DNA of 63,426 nt, counting the filler, from Globobulimina sp. (taxonomy: Eukaryota), in the NCBI GenBank assembly GCA_003354225.1. It is 27 parts of 27 records of this genome, joined end to end, with 100 filler letters (N's around TTAATTAATTAA, not from the genome) between each part and the next. Parts side by side here need not be neighbours in the genome. Positions count along the whole stretch, not along the records: positions 11,773 to 14,026 come from PIVH01007860.1; positions 14,127 to 16,380 come from PIVH01007861.1; positions 16,481 to 18,734 come from PIVH01007862.1; positions 18,835 to 21,088 come from PIVH01007863.1; positions 21,189 to 23,441 come from PIVH01007864.1; 22 more parts are not named here. One strand, written 5' to 3'. Shown here piece by piece: positions 11,673 through 23,541 of the stretch (positions within the stretch are counted from its first letter, which is position 1; each line of letters opens with the position of its first letter). Below the pieces are notes generated by a model, which did no database searches, was not told where the DNA came from, and saw nothing but the letters and a program-made list of their open reading frames with translations. A program made the translations under genes and the position numbers.

Positions 11673-13049
11673 NNNNNNNNNNNNNNNNNNNNNNNNNNNN
11701 NNNNNNNNNNNNNNNNTTAATTAATTAANNNNNNNNNNNNNNNNNNNNNNNNNNNNNNNNNNNNNNNNNNNNGTGTAAGTTTAGCTTTATTAACATTTGC
11801 ATTAAAGTACATGAACCAAGGACAGATATCTTTAATTAAAGAATTTTTATAATTTGACATATATCAATCTTTAGGCAAATTAACGTATATAATTAGTGGT
11901 GGCGTGGTGGGAAACTGATTTAGAATTCCCAATATATTATACTGTATGGAATGAGTTATTATTACTTATTGGTGTTTGATTTAGGACTGCTTTTATCAAT
12001 ATCATAATGTGGATTTTTATGTAAAAACCGATTGCAAATTTAACAAATTCATTCATTAAATATGTTATGAAAAAAGGTGCAAAAAAAAAACCATATCAAA
12101 AAAGTTATATTCTTAATCAACATGACCAACAATTATTATTTAATCAACACGAAAATAACGATGAAAAAGAAAACGTTCCTGTATTTCAAGTGCGCAAAAG
12201 GTAAACTGATATTAAAACTTTAATTTTTTTTGTGTGTGCAATTAAACGGTTTAATAGTATATTATTCATATTCAACTATTTCGAGGCTGAGAAACTTGTT
12301 TCCAAAAACACAGTGCTTTATCATAATTATAAAAAATTAACCATTTGGTGATGATCTCATCACCTATCACCAAGCTGCATTGTTATGTTTGAATTTTTTG
12401 GACCTAGAGGTTTTTGAGTAACTCAGAAGTTTCCTATACTAACCAAGTTATCATATTTTTTTGTCATTAATTTTTTGCTGACTAATCAAAATATTTTTTG
12501 TTTTCAGGATAAAAAAGCTCCGCTGAAACCTGAAATAAATGCATTAAATAGTAATAATAAAAATATTAAAAACGCCATTCACAAACTACGTAATTCAATA
12601 AATAGTAATAACCATATTAATGCAGAGGAATTTGAGCTATATAATACAATGTGCGATAACGTTGAGTCAATAAATAATGATAATCAGCGTGCGCTGCACG
12701 ACTCAGCCTCGTAATTATAATCGAATTATTAATCAATATGCCGAAGAATGTACATCTCTCGAATTAGACACACATTTAAATGCAGCTAACAACGTACCAC
12801 CGATACAAAATATACTTAATAACCATCCACAATATATATCTCCATCGCTATTAGGAATTGAATCAATCAATACCTGCGATATTGACATTTGAATGTAACT
12901 GCACCAATATTGAGCACAGTACGTGCAGCAGCTGATAATTGCGCAAATATTGATGCCATATCTGGCATTTAATCATTTAAATATAAGAAACACATTAAAT
13001 CAGCAACGCGTGCTTTTAGAGTCCATACAGGAGCCGGTTATATTTACTG

Positions 13050-14026
13050 TAAAGACTATGTACCTATGGGCGGTTAGATTGCAGGAATATGATTTTGAGG
13101 CGAAATATTCCAGGAAACAAAAATATTTTTGCTGATTATTTAAGCAGAGATGCGTTAAATACAATATTGCCATTAATTAATACCAAACAACGTCGCAACA
13201 CAACAAATATAAATTATTTGTATACACAACATTTGGCATCACAAACAATCAGAAATAAAGATATTTGTTTCATTGTTAATGTTGGTTATGACAGTGATGA
13301 ATCAATTGAAACGCCAACATGTTGTATTTTGCAAAATAATCCATCCATATTAAACTATGATAAATATACAAATAACCCGATGGATGTTGATAGTGGTTCT
13401 GAGTCAGATTCATCTGACGATATTCCGATGAACAATAATAATACAAATCATAATAAACCCATTAACCAACAATCCATACACCAAATTTCGACGAATATCC
13501 AAGCTCCATTGCAATTGCCACAAACATCCCATAGATTTAATACCCGTTTGGTTGCCAAAAAGAAACAAAATGCACAATATCAACATGCATTAAATGCTAA
13601 ATTAAAACCAATTTACGATAATATCGATAATAATGTACAGCAGCAACGTAAACAGCAACTATTAAATGACTAAATAATTAAACAAAAACCATCGCATCCA
13701 ACATATAACAAATCCATATTTATTCCATCACCAATACCTATTGAGGATAAATATGATTTACACCAATTATCCAATGATAATATCCAGAATAAACAATGTT
13801 ATCTATTATTTGCGAACTAATAACGCATATTTGTTGGATGATTTGCCGTCGTATCTGTACCATACTGTGTTGAATGTGCGGCAGCTCCATTTGAACTAAT
13901 ATCCATTGATATTGTTGGACCATTGCTGCAAACAGATAAATGGAACCGATATATCGTGTCCATGATTGATAAATATTCGCGTTTCTGCTTATTAGTACCT
14001 GTGGAAAACATAAAAACCATAACCGT
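13050..14026 (+). mobile_element. Degenerate Ty3/gypsy LTR retrotransposon pol relic (RNase H end and integrase start)
   Basis: WAVRLQEYDFEAKY / IPGNKNIFADYLSR split by a frameshift; 13881-14026 translates to PFELISIDIVGPLLQTDKWNRYIVSMIDKYSRFCLLVPV (rve start, absent from the ORF track). Confidence 0.85.
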
Positions 14027-14130
14027 NNNNNNNNNNNNNNNNNNNNNNNNNNNNNNNNNNNNNNNNNNNNTTAATTAATTAANNNNNNNNNNNNNNNNNN
14101 NNNNNNNNNNNNNNNNNNNNNNNNNNAAAA

Positions 14131-15491
14131 ATGAACCATGCTGTCAGGAAAAGACGGTCACAATTATTAGTAAATGGATACGTTAGAAAATCATGGTCTC
14201 AATACATCCATAGAGATATTATTAGTGTCATTCGTGCATTCCATTATACAACATATAAAATCTTGGAATTATATTCCATTGGAAACAACAAATATGGGCA
14301 ACAAGGAAATGGAAGAAATGAAGATATTAAAAAAATAACAAAAATAAAAACATTTAAAAAACAAATAAAAAATATTGTTACGTGTGGTGGTTATCATGGT
14401 GTAGCAGCATTTATTTTATTTGATAACAAAACATATGAATGTTGGGGTTCTAATAAAAACGGTGTATTCAAAGTTTGGCATTTTGATAATACTCATATAT
14501 GGCATCAAATAAAATATATGAAAATAAAAAATATTTTTTCAGCACCAAATGGATCATCTCATTCATTTTGTATTTCAAATGAGAATAAATTATATGCGGC
14601 CGGAGATAATTTTTATAATCAATTCGGTATAAGAACAGATGGAAAGTATCATGATACTAATAAATGGACACCAATAAATACATCATTACCGATTCAAAAA
14701 GTAGCCACATCAGCGCAATATACAACATTTTTAAGTGATAATGGCAAATTATATGTTGCTGGACACAGTTTAGGTAATGGCGGTTTAGGATTAGGTAAAG
14801 ATATTGAATCATCACCAAATATTCAAGAAATTCCAATAAAAATAAAATTTAAAGATATATATTGTGGATGTTTTCATACCTTAGCAATTGATGATAATTA
14901 TGGTGTTTGGTCGTGGGGAGATGGTGCAGATGGTAGATTAGGCCATGGAGATGATGATAATAGATATTCACCAACAAGAATACAACATTTTATTCAAAAC
15001 AATATTAAAATTGGTAAAATATGTTGTGGCGCTGCACATAATATATTATTGTCATTAAATAATAAAGTTTTGATCTTTTTGTGTTGTGTATTTATTTTTA
15101 TATATTGTTTTGTCTGTCATATACAAATATATTTTAATAAATAAATAAGATATATTGTTTTGGATGGAATGAGTGGTATCAATGTGGGAATGGTTCAACT
15201 AAAACTGTATATTTACCACAACCAAATGAAAAATTAAAAAATGAAACAATTATTGATATTAAATGTGGTATATATCATAATGTCATTAAAACAGCGCATA
15301 ATAAATATTATTTATGGGGATATAACAGATATAATCAATGTTTATATGTTGATGATGGCAACACACAGAGATATATTAAGAAACCATTATTATTTAATTC
15401 ACATTATTTTGATAAAGACAAAGAAATAATTGATATTTATCCTGGATATAATGAAACACGAATATTAATTGGCGAAAAGGATAATTTCTGA
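14131..15491 (+). CDS. RCC1-repeat protein; intron 15067-15149
   Basis: YSIGNNKYGQQG, CGCFHTLAI..VWSWGDGADGRLGHG; after the intron IYCFGWNEWYQCG... to TGA 15489-15491. Confidence 0.88.
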
Positions 15492-16480
15492 TTGGTTTTG
15501 ATTTTGTTTTGTTGACTTCTGTATTTTAAGAATAAAAATAGAAAGAGGGTCGATAGTGAATTGAAGGACTTGATCGAACTATCTAAGTGTACAATATCTG
15601 ACGTTTCGACCTTATAATGAAGGTCTTCTTCAGAGAGGTTAAATTGAAAATAAAAACTGTTTTGAAAAACAATTTCTAAAAACTCTAAGCACAAAACAAT
15701 CAATATATAGGATGATAGTTTGTTGCTTGAGAAATAAAACTGATTCACGTATGTTTGTTATCACCATCTCCCTCAGCTGGTGTGCAGTTGATTGCTCACC
15801 ACAATAAATTAGCTCAATAGTTGTCTTGGAAACTACATCGGGGTGTACACGATGTACACCACAAACACTATTTCAAGGCAAAATAGCCTCGTTAATAATA
15901 CAATAATGTTCATAATAACTACTATAACATGACGTTTTTGTAAATATTTTTTAGTTGATTTATTTGTGTATTCTGTGTACAATGTGTTTGTTTATGGGAA
16001 TTTTATTATTGCGTGTTCTTTCAATAATATTTCGTGAATAAACCATATGAAACAAAACTTCAATTCTTAGAATCTGATGGTTAGTGTTTGTGCTATTCTC
16101 ATGTGGAAAGAGTGAAATCGCGCCATTCTCCAGAGTATCTGTGTAAATTAAGTTGTTAAAAAACCCTTTCAGTCAAACCATGCAGCCGCTGCATAAAGTC
16201 CATCCGTCTAAACGTCATGAAAGATCCAGTGGTTCGTTACATAATTTGTATGGAAACCTCGATTTTGAATGGCTATGGCATCAATAGTTTAAATACTTTG
16301 CCATGTTCAGGAGTATCAGTAAAATGTGATGGATATTCCTGTCAAATGGTTTCTACTTTGAATGTGCCAGATTTTGTTGTNNNNNNNNNNNNNNNNNNNN
16401 NNNNNNNNNNNNNNNNNNNNNNNNTTAATTAATTAANNNNNNNNNNNNNNNNNNNNNNNNNNNNNNNNNNNNNNNNNNNN

Positions 16481-17789
16481 GCATATGACAAAATGAATAT
16501 TCCCACAGAGATGGAAAAATCTGTAGCATGTTCTGGCACCATATCATATTCTGTGTGTTCTACAACTTCGTAATTGAAGAAGAAGAGCATCGTAATCACG
16601 ACCACTGTACAAATTTTGCAAACACAGCCCAGGAATGCATTAAAAGATAACTCTGAGACATTCAACATCCAACAGGTTGGTAACACAGCAAAGGAACTAA
16701 TTATTATAATCCAATGCATCTCCAGTTCTGGGATAACATATGAAATATTGTCCCATACGAATATGATGCTCATACACACAGCTCCTATGAATTCGAATAT
16801 AATTCCAAAAGTGATCAAACCCATTCCAACATTGCCCCATTTTAATCTGTGGGCGCCAAAAGAAAACGTTTCTTGCAATGCTAAGTAACCAACGTGAGTA
16901 TAGGTCCTTTTATTCAAAGGTACTCCATCAAAACATCTGACAATTAGTTTTCCTTTTTGTTTTTAAGTGTGACGTGTACGCTTTATTTTGGTCAGTACAA
17001 TTAAATAATAACTAGACACACGTACCGGTATAGGACATTGCGATGCAGATAAATGCCAACACAGCCAATGAAACAAAACTGCCTTCCGCCAATGCCTACA
17101 AGTAATTATATCAAAATAAAATAAAAATATTCAAAGCTCTGAATTCTGGAAACATTTCTCATTAATTAATCATAGTGAACCTAGTATAAAGCATCAATAT
17201 TTTGGCATTTTTGAGGATTTTTATGAGATTCCATCATTATGCCATCAGTTATTGATGAGTTAAGACATGTACAGTTAGTAAACATTCGCAAAAATATTGA
17301 CACTGTATACTAGTTAATAAAATGAAAACGTTTCCAAAAAACATAGACATATAAGGCAGTAATTAACATAGGGAAACGACAACAATCCCAACCCAAGAAA
17401 CAAATTAATTATTGAGAAGCCTGCACCCCATACACCGACATCACCTGTTTTTTCCATCAATGATGGTCGTAATGATAGATTGTATACCCCCTTAAATATT
17501 CGTTTGCGTTTTAGGAATGGCATAGAAGCGCTGTATAAGCCTGTCAAAGAAGCAGTGTATAAGCCGGTCAATGTTGTTGGTCTTTGGATGACTGGCTCAG
17601 TCAGTGTACGTTTGAACTGTCCCATGCTTGATAGATGTATATTATGTTGAACATCCATTCCTGTATTAATGCTTCCATAATTACCACTTGTTGCTGATAA
17701 ATAATATGTCAATAATCAATTCATTACAATATACTACACTGTTTTAAAGTACCTTGTATATTAAGCGGAGCAGCATTATCAGGTCTCAT
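16481..17789 (-). CDS. Amino acid transporter (AAAP/Aa_trans family), multi-exon, 3'-partial
   Basis: GAGFSIINLFLGLGLLSFPY, TYTHVG...FG, multiple TM helices; first exon MRPDNAAPLNIQ from ATG 17789. Confidence 0.8.
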
Positions 17790-17858
17790 TATTATCTTTA
17801 TAACAGTAGCAAACCTAATACTTTTCAAAAACATTCTATTAAACCATTTTGAGTTACC

Positions 17859-18734
17859 ATGGCGTCACCACATGGCAATTCATTCACAGTCTCAAAAACG
17901 CGGTCCTCCACAAAGCGTCATCGAAACAAGAAAAACTATGTCGAAGAGACAGAATTCCAAAACGTATCCTTGAAAATGAGACGATTTTTATTATTTTTCA
18001 ACGATAGAATCCAAGAGAAACAATATCGATTGCACTCCTATACCAAATCACACACAGTGGTACGCATCTGTATCTTTGGCCTAATATTAGTCGCATTGAT
18101 CGCCTTCCCATCGGACCGCATCGCCTATCAATATAAGGGCGCCAAGTTCTTTTGGCGTAGTATGGTTCGCGGCGTCATCCAGTTACCAATCTCCATCGGT
18201 TGGTTTATATTCACTTTTCGCAAAGAAAGAAAGGAGAAATTCTTTAAAAACGCGCGGCAAAATGCCATTGATACATGGTATGCCCAACGGAGATGTTTCT
18301 TGCTCTCACTGCCATATTGGATCATTGGTTGTTGCTGTTCCTCCGCCATCGCCATCTGTATCTTAATTGGAACCGTCATTTCCAAGGAACCCGACCATGG
18401 CATCTATATGTTATACTACTTTATGATCTATTTATTTGTGGGCATACCCTTCTTTTTCTCGTTTCTAATCACTTGGAGCATGTACTTAATATTTTTAATA
18501 GCAATGTATTCCTTGCAGCTATCCTCTGAGCTCTCCGCAGTGTACTTATTCCTCACCAACATATTACTGACAGTGGCTGCGTATTCATTGGAGAGAGGCG
18601 AACGGAGAGAGTTCATCCATGGCATGGACCTAAACCACCAGCAAAGGATTATTGAGGGCTTACTCAATAATTTGTTGCCGGCGCATGTCACGGATAAGTT
18701 GCGCAATGTGTCAAATAACGATTATATGATCGCA
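17859..18734 (+). CDS. Membrane-bound class III adenylate/guanylate cyclase, N-terminal part
   Basis: F.D...EKQY, six TM helices, ERGERREF...LLNNLLPAHV..KL motif that precedes the cyclase domain. Confidence 0.8.
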
Positions 18735-18834
18735 NNNNNNNNNNNNNNNNNNNNNNNNNNNNNNNNNNNNNNNNNNNNTTAATTAATTAANNNNNNNNNN
18801 NNNNNNNNNNNNNNNNNNNNNNNNNNNNNNNNNN

Positions 18835-19262
18835 GCTTGCAAAACGTTAGAGTTACATCAAGTTGATTGTTCCACCTACTTTAGACTTGCGAAACGTTAG
18901 AGTTATTGCAAGTTGATTGCTCCATATACTTAGACTTGCAAAACGTTATAGTTACATCAAGTTGATTGTTCCGTCTACTTTAGACTTGCGAAACGTTAGA
19001 GTTATTGCAAGTTGATTGCTCCATATACTTAGACTTGCAAAACGTTAGAGTTACATCAAGTTGATTGCTCCATCTACTTGGACTTGCAAAATGTTAGAGT
19101 TACTGCAAGTTGATTGCTCCATGTACTTAGACTTGCAAAACGTTAGAGTTACTGCAAGTTGATTGCTCCATATACTTAGACTTGCAAAACGTTAGAGTTA
19201 CTGCAAGTTGATTGCTCCATCTACTTAGATTTGCAAAACGTTAGAGTTACTGCAAGTTTTTG
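18835..19262. repeat. 49-50-bp tandem satellite, about 8.6 units
   Basis: Unit GACTTGCAAAACGTTAGAGTTACTGCAAGTTGATTGCTCCATATACTTA; the first four units alternate A/B variants. Confidence 0.95.
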
Positions 19263-19464
19263 CAAGCTTACAGTCGCAAACATTAGAGAAATGTAAAGTA
19301 GTTAATTTCGAACTGATTCACTAAAAATATGACGACGGCTAAATTTTTTTTAAAAATATACTAAAAGACAAGTATTTTACAAATTTTGCTAACACTATAA
19401 AATGATATCATAATTGAACAACTAATAGACGATTATTAAAACCATGGGGGACTATCTTTTTGAA

Positions 19465-21030
19465 CCCGTCTTGTTTTCAGTTTCAGTTTAACTGATAATA
19501 TTAACTGCAAATAAACTGGAAATAATTTTCAGTTATCAGTTAACTGAAAATCCACTACCCTGGGGGTTAGCCCATTTTGCCTTATTTTGCCATTATACCT
19601 TATTAAATAGTACTAGAACTTTCGCTTTTTGTTGGGAAAAATACATATATTTTAAATTTTTTAGTTGTTGTTTGTTAAGTGCATATTTTTTTGTGGTGTT
19701 CTTGAGTCGTTGGATTTTGCAGTCCAATGAAGTAAGAATGCCACATGCAAAGTATATATAAAACAACAGAAATTACAAAATATAAACAAATAGCAAAAAT
19801 ATAAAATTTACTTCAAAGTCTATATACTCTTTGTTTTCAAATTTAAGAATTTACTTTGTTTACAGTACCAAAAACTCTATTTTAGGATGTAAACCAGTTG
19901 AACCAACATTGGGAATGAATAACTCATTTGGAAGACAGATGCCAAATTAGCGGAACATTGAATGATAACAAAACACTGTGGCAATATTTCTGGGATGTGG
20001 ATGAGTTGAAAAAAAAGATTCAAGGAATTGTAACAGGTATTGTGATGAATAGTGTTTCGTTTGAGTTACCTATACTGATGAACTGATGTGGTACAGTTTA
20101 TATTGGTTTGATCTAATGTTGTTATGACTATAGTCAATAGTCAAAGTCAATAGTCAATTTTTAATCAATAGCGGTAGTCAAAACGGAGGATAGTCAAAAG
20201 TCAAACAGTTTGCAATAGTCAATAGTCAAAGTCATACATAGTCAAACGACCGTCATAGTCAAACCCATTTGACTATGACTATTTTTACAGTAAATAGCTT
20301 AATTTTGAGCAATAAATATTGCAAAAAAAATTTTTTTGAATGGAATCGTGGATTTTCAGTTATGCGATTTTACTTTATTTTCAGCTTCAGTTTCGGTTAG
20401 CTGAGCGCTCTGGACTTTCAGTTTCAGTTTTCAGTTAACTGATAATATTTTCAGTTTTGAGACCCATAATTTCAGTTTTCAGTTAAAAACTGAGAATAAC
20501 TTTCAGTTTTAACTGAAAATAATTTTCAGTTAACTGATTATATTTTCCGTTATAACTTTATGTTTTAAGTTTGATTATATTTTCAGTTATAACTTAAAGC
20601 TCTAAGTTAAGTTTTATGCCAAAAAGTGGCCACTAAAGCTTAAACTAGAGATGAGAACGGGCCGATTTTTCGCGGCCCGGCCCGTTTTTTCATTTTCTCG
20701 GCCCGGCCCTGCCCGTAAAATTTTTTATCGAAAATTTCGTGTGAAGACCTTCTCGTTCTCATCGCCAGCCCGGCCCGTTCTCATCTCTAGCTTAAACTCC
20801 AACTATTATTGCTCTAAAGCAGCAATTTAGGTGAAAATATGATATAGAATGAGAACACTTGTCTTTTTTAACCTCATAAATGCAAGTAAACAATATAAAT
20901 TGCCACCAATAATGACATGCTTGGTAACTGGAAGTCTAACTGAAAATGGAAAATATCGGCCCAAAAAAAACTTTCAGTTTCAGTTTATTTTCAGTTATGG
21001 GACTTTATTTTCAGTTTCAGTTTAACTGAT
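19465..21030. repeat. Clusters of TTTCAGTT/AACTGA motifs and an ATAGTCAA cluster (20120-20285)
   Basis: Dense short motifs in both orientations at ~19465-19550, 20350-20595 and 20935-21030; no long ORFs. Confidence 0.6.
20646..20789. mobile_element. Non-autonomous hAT-type MITE, 144 bp
   Basis: Perfect 19-bp TIR TAGAGATGAGAACGGGCCG; perfect 8-bp TSD GCTTAAAC at 20638-20645 and 20790-20797; internal GGCCCG repeats. Confidence 0.9.
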
Positions 21031-21372
21031 AATTTTTGAGACACACTGTTTGCAACTTTTGTTTGACGAGTAAAATATTCAAAAAAATNNNNNNNNNNNN
21101 NNNNNNNNNNNNNNNNNNNNNNNNNNNNNNNNTTAATTAATTAANNNNNNNNNNNNNNNNNNNNNNNNNNNNNNNNNNNNNNNNNNNNAGACGAGTTTGA
21201 GACGATTTTCCACCAAAAAATCATTATTTTTCAAAATATGTGGGTGGGTATGGTCTCAAGCAGGTCGCCCATTTTCCAAGCAGATTGGCCGATTTGGGGA
21301 GGGTCACCCCCCCATCCCCCCCAACCACGGCTATGCTAAAAGTCGAGATAATAAAATATCGATATAAGTTGT

Positions 21373-22603
21373 TCAAAAATTTACAAACAAATAAAAAAAT
21401 ACTTCATCAACTGTTCGGACGACAACTGGACAACAATCCAGACGAACATTCAATCCCTTTGTTAGAAGATCTATCTCTGAGTTAACAAGCAAGTCATAAT
21501 GGTTACCATCAGGGTAACATACAAGTGTGAGATCAACGAGATTTCCAGAGAATAAACAGGCCCGAAGTAAAGGGTATAATTCTCTGTATTCAAAGATCAT
21601 CTTTGCTGACCGAATCTATAATTATATTTGACTGTATTAAGTCACTGTTCGCTGTACACATACAGTATCATTCAAATTACCCGTAATGATTGGACTGAAG
21701 TCAGATCCAAAGACAGAAAAGCAGATAACAGCCATTGCATTGACCATGGATCGACAAGTATGATACTAACAGTAATCAATAATATTGATGAGCGACAAGA
21801 GCGCATGCAATCCACAAAAACCAGCATCTTTCTGAAAAATCATTCATATATTTGACAGAGTTTTCCTATGAGACAATCAGTCAAACCTCCTTAAAGTGCA
21901 AACGCTCTATATCACAATTTTTCGTTGCACACATGGAGGTGTTGCACTTTTAAGGAGGTGCATTCCATTCCTATGTTAAAGTACGTATATAGTTCGGACA
22001 TAAAAAGCTGTTGCACATATATAGGTATTTCACTTATGGAGATTTGACTGTGTATGCTCATTTTTGGCTTGTTCCGAAACGCCCTGGGCGTTTATTGGTT
22101 TCAAACTGCCATAATCTGTAACATCCTTAATAACAGTTTTGAAGAACACTTACGTCATGTCCGTATGGTACATAAAACCATGACCCGTGCCGTCAACGTT
22201 TATGGTAAATGAGTTGAACCTTTTCACCCGTGTGGCAATAGCAGTGATATAAGATACCATATTTGAAGGGGAATAATAGACATCGTTCACACTAAACCTG
22301 TCGCCACAACCATGTAAATCAATCGCCAAATCAGAAAAAGTGTCAATCCAGTAAGAACGCAAAATCTGAAAAATGTACATAAATGAACCACATATTAAAC
22401 GCATTAATACACATTAAGGTTATTACTTTACTATTTTTAAACCGACGATACATGGATTCTAATCGAAGCAATTCTGATATGGAGAAATGATTGTTAGTTG
22501 GTTTGATAAAGGAAATAATCACACCAATTAGCTCATCTGGCAAGAAATCCAAAAAACAAATATGATGTTCACCACTAATATCGATATGCGTCACTTCCTG
22601 CAA
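21373..22603 (-). pseudogene. Fragmented F-box-like gene
   Basis: FLDFLPDELIGVIISFI....LLRLESM.RRF F-box-like motif; downstream coding-like pieces are broken by stops. Confidence 0.4.
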
Positions 22604-23541
22604 ACATTGTACATTTCATATTGTGGGCTAGTTTGGAACCAAGTGAAACCAACATTTTCCACTTTTTCGTGTCACGTTTTTTTACTGTTTTTCAGGAAAG
22701 TACTGTACAGTTTAGGTAAATAGTATAAAAATACAGTAATAAAAATAGAAACATAATTGGAAGTTAACATGAAGGATACCATACAGTAAAACAATTCATT
22801 ACAGAAATGTGTCGTTGACACAAGTCGATGACTGTCATAATCTGAAATATATTTCATAGTCTCCTCACCATCTCAGGACTGGGAGTTACATCCGGCTTTC
22901 TCAACTGCAACTGAGGTGGTGATGGCAAATGTGGACCAAATTGCGGAGATAAACTAAGGGTGCGATTCAGATTCGGCGTCTTTACATGGGGACTGCTCAC
23001 ATCTGGTAATTTCTTGTCATCATCTCGCTCACCCGGATTGCCTGAAAAATTCAGCATATTGTGAGTATATAACATTTTCAACAGGGGTTATTTTTGCTGT
23101 GGAATTCATTTCAATACAGGTCCCGCTGAAACTCTTTAACGTTATGCTGAACGAGGGCCTCGGAGTTCAAACATCACGGCATCATCACCCTATATACGTG
23201 CATTGTACTGTAGTACGTACAGTGCTTACCGAATCTGAAGTATTTGAGTTGCAGTTCGTTCCTGAGCTTCAACCAGTGGCTGTAAACTTTGGCGTGTCTT
23301 CTTGCCGAGAGGTACATTTTTGACAACCACCTCAAATAGATATGTGTGCATGCAGTGCTCGGTTAAGTTTTTACAATGCACTGTTTTAGTTTTTAATAAA
23401 TATTTTACACTTTACGGTCTTTGATGGCTGCTGCTTTGACANNNNNNNNNNNNNNNNNNNNNNNNNNNNNNNNNNNNNNNNNNNNTTAATTAATTAANNN
23501 NNNNNNNNNNNNNNNNNNNNNNNNNNNNNNNNNNNNNNNNN

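Noticed and set aside
18835-19262. CRISPR array
   Set aside because: The inter-palindrome segments are near-identical rather than unique spacers, and no cas genes are present.
21885-21959. 17/18-bp inverted repeat ACCTCCTTAAAGTGCAA
   Set aside because: Single imperfect pair with no TSD or second copy; not enough to call an element.
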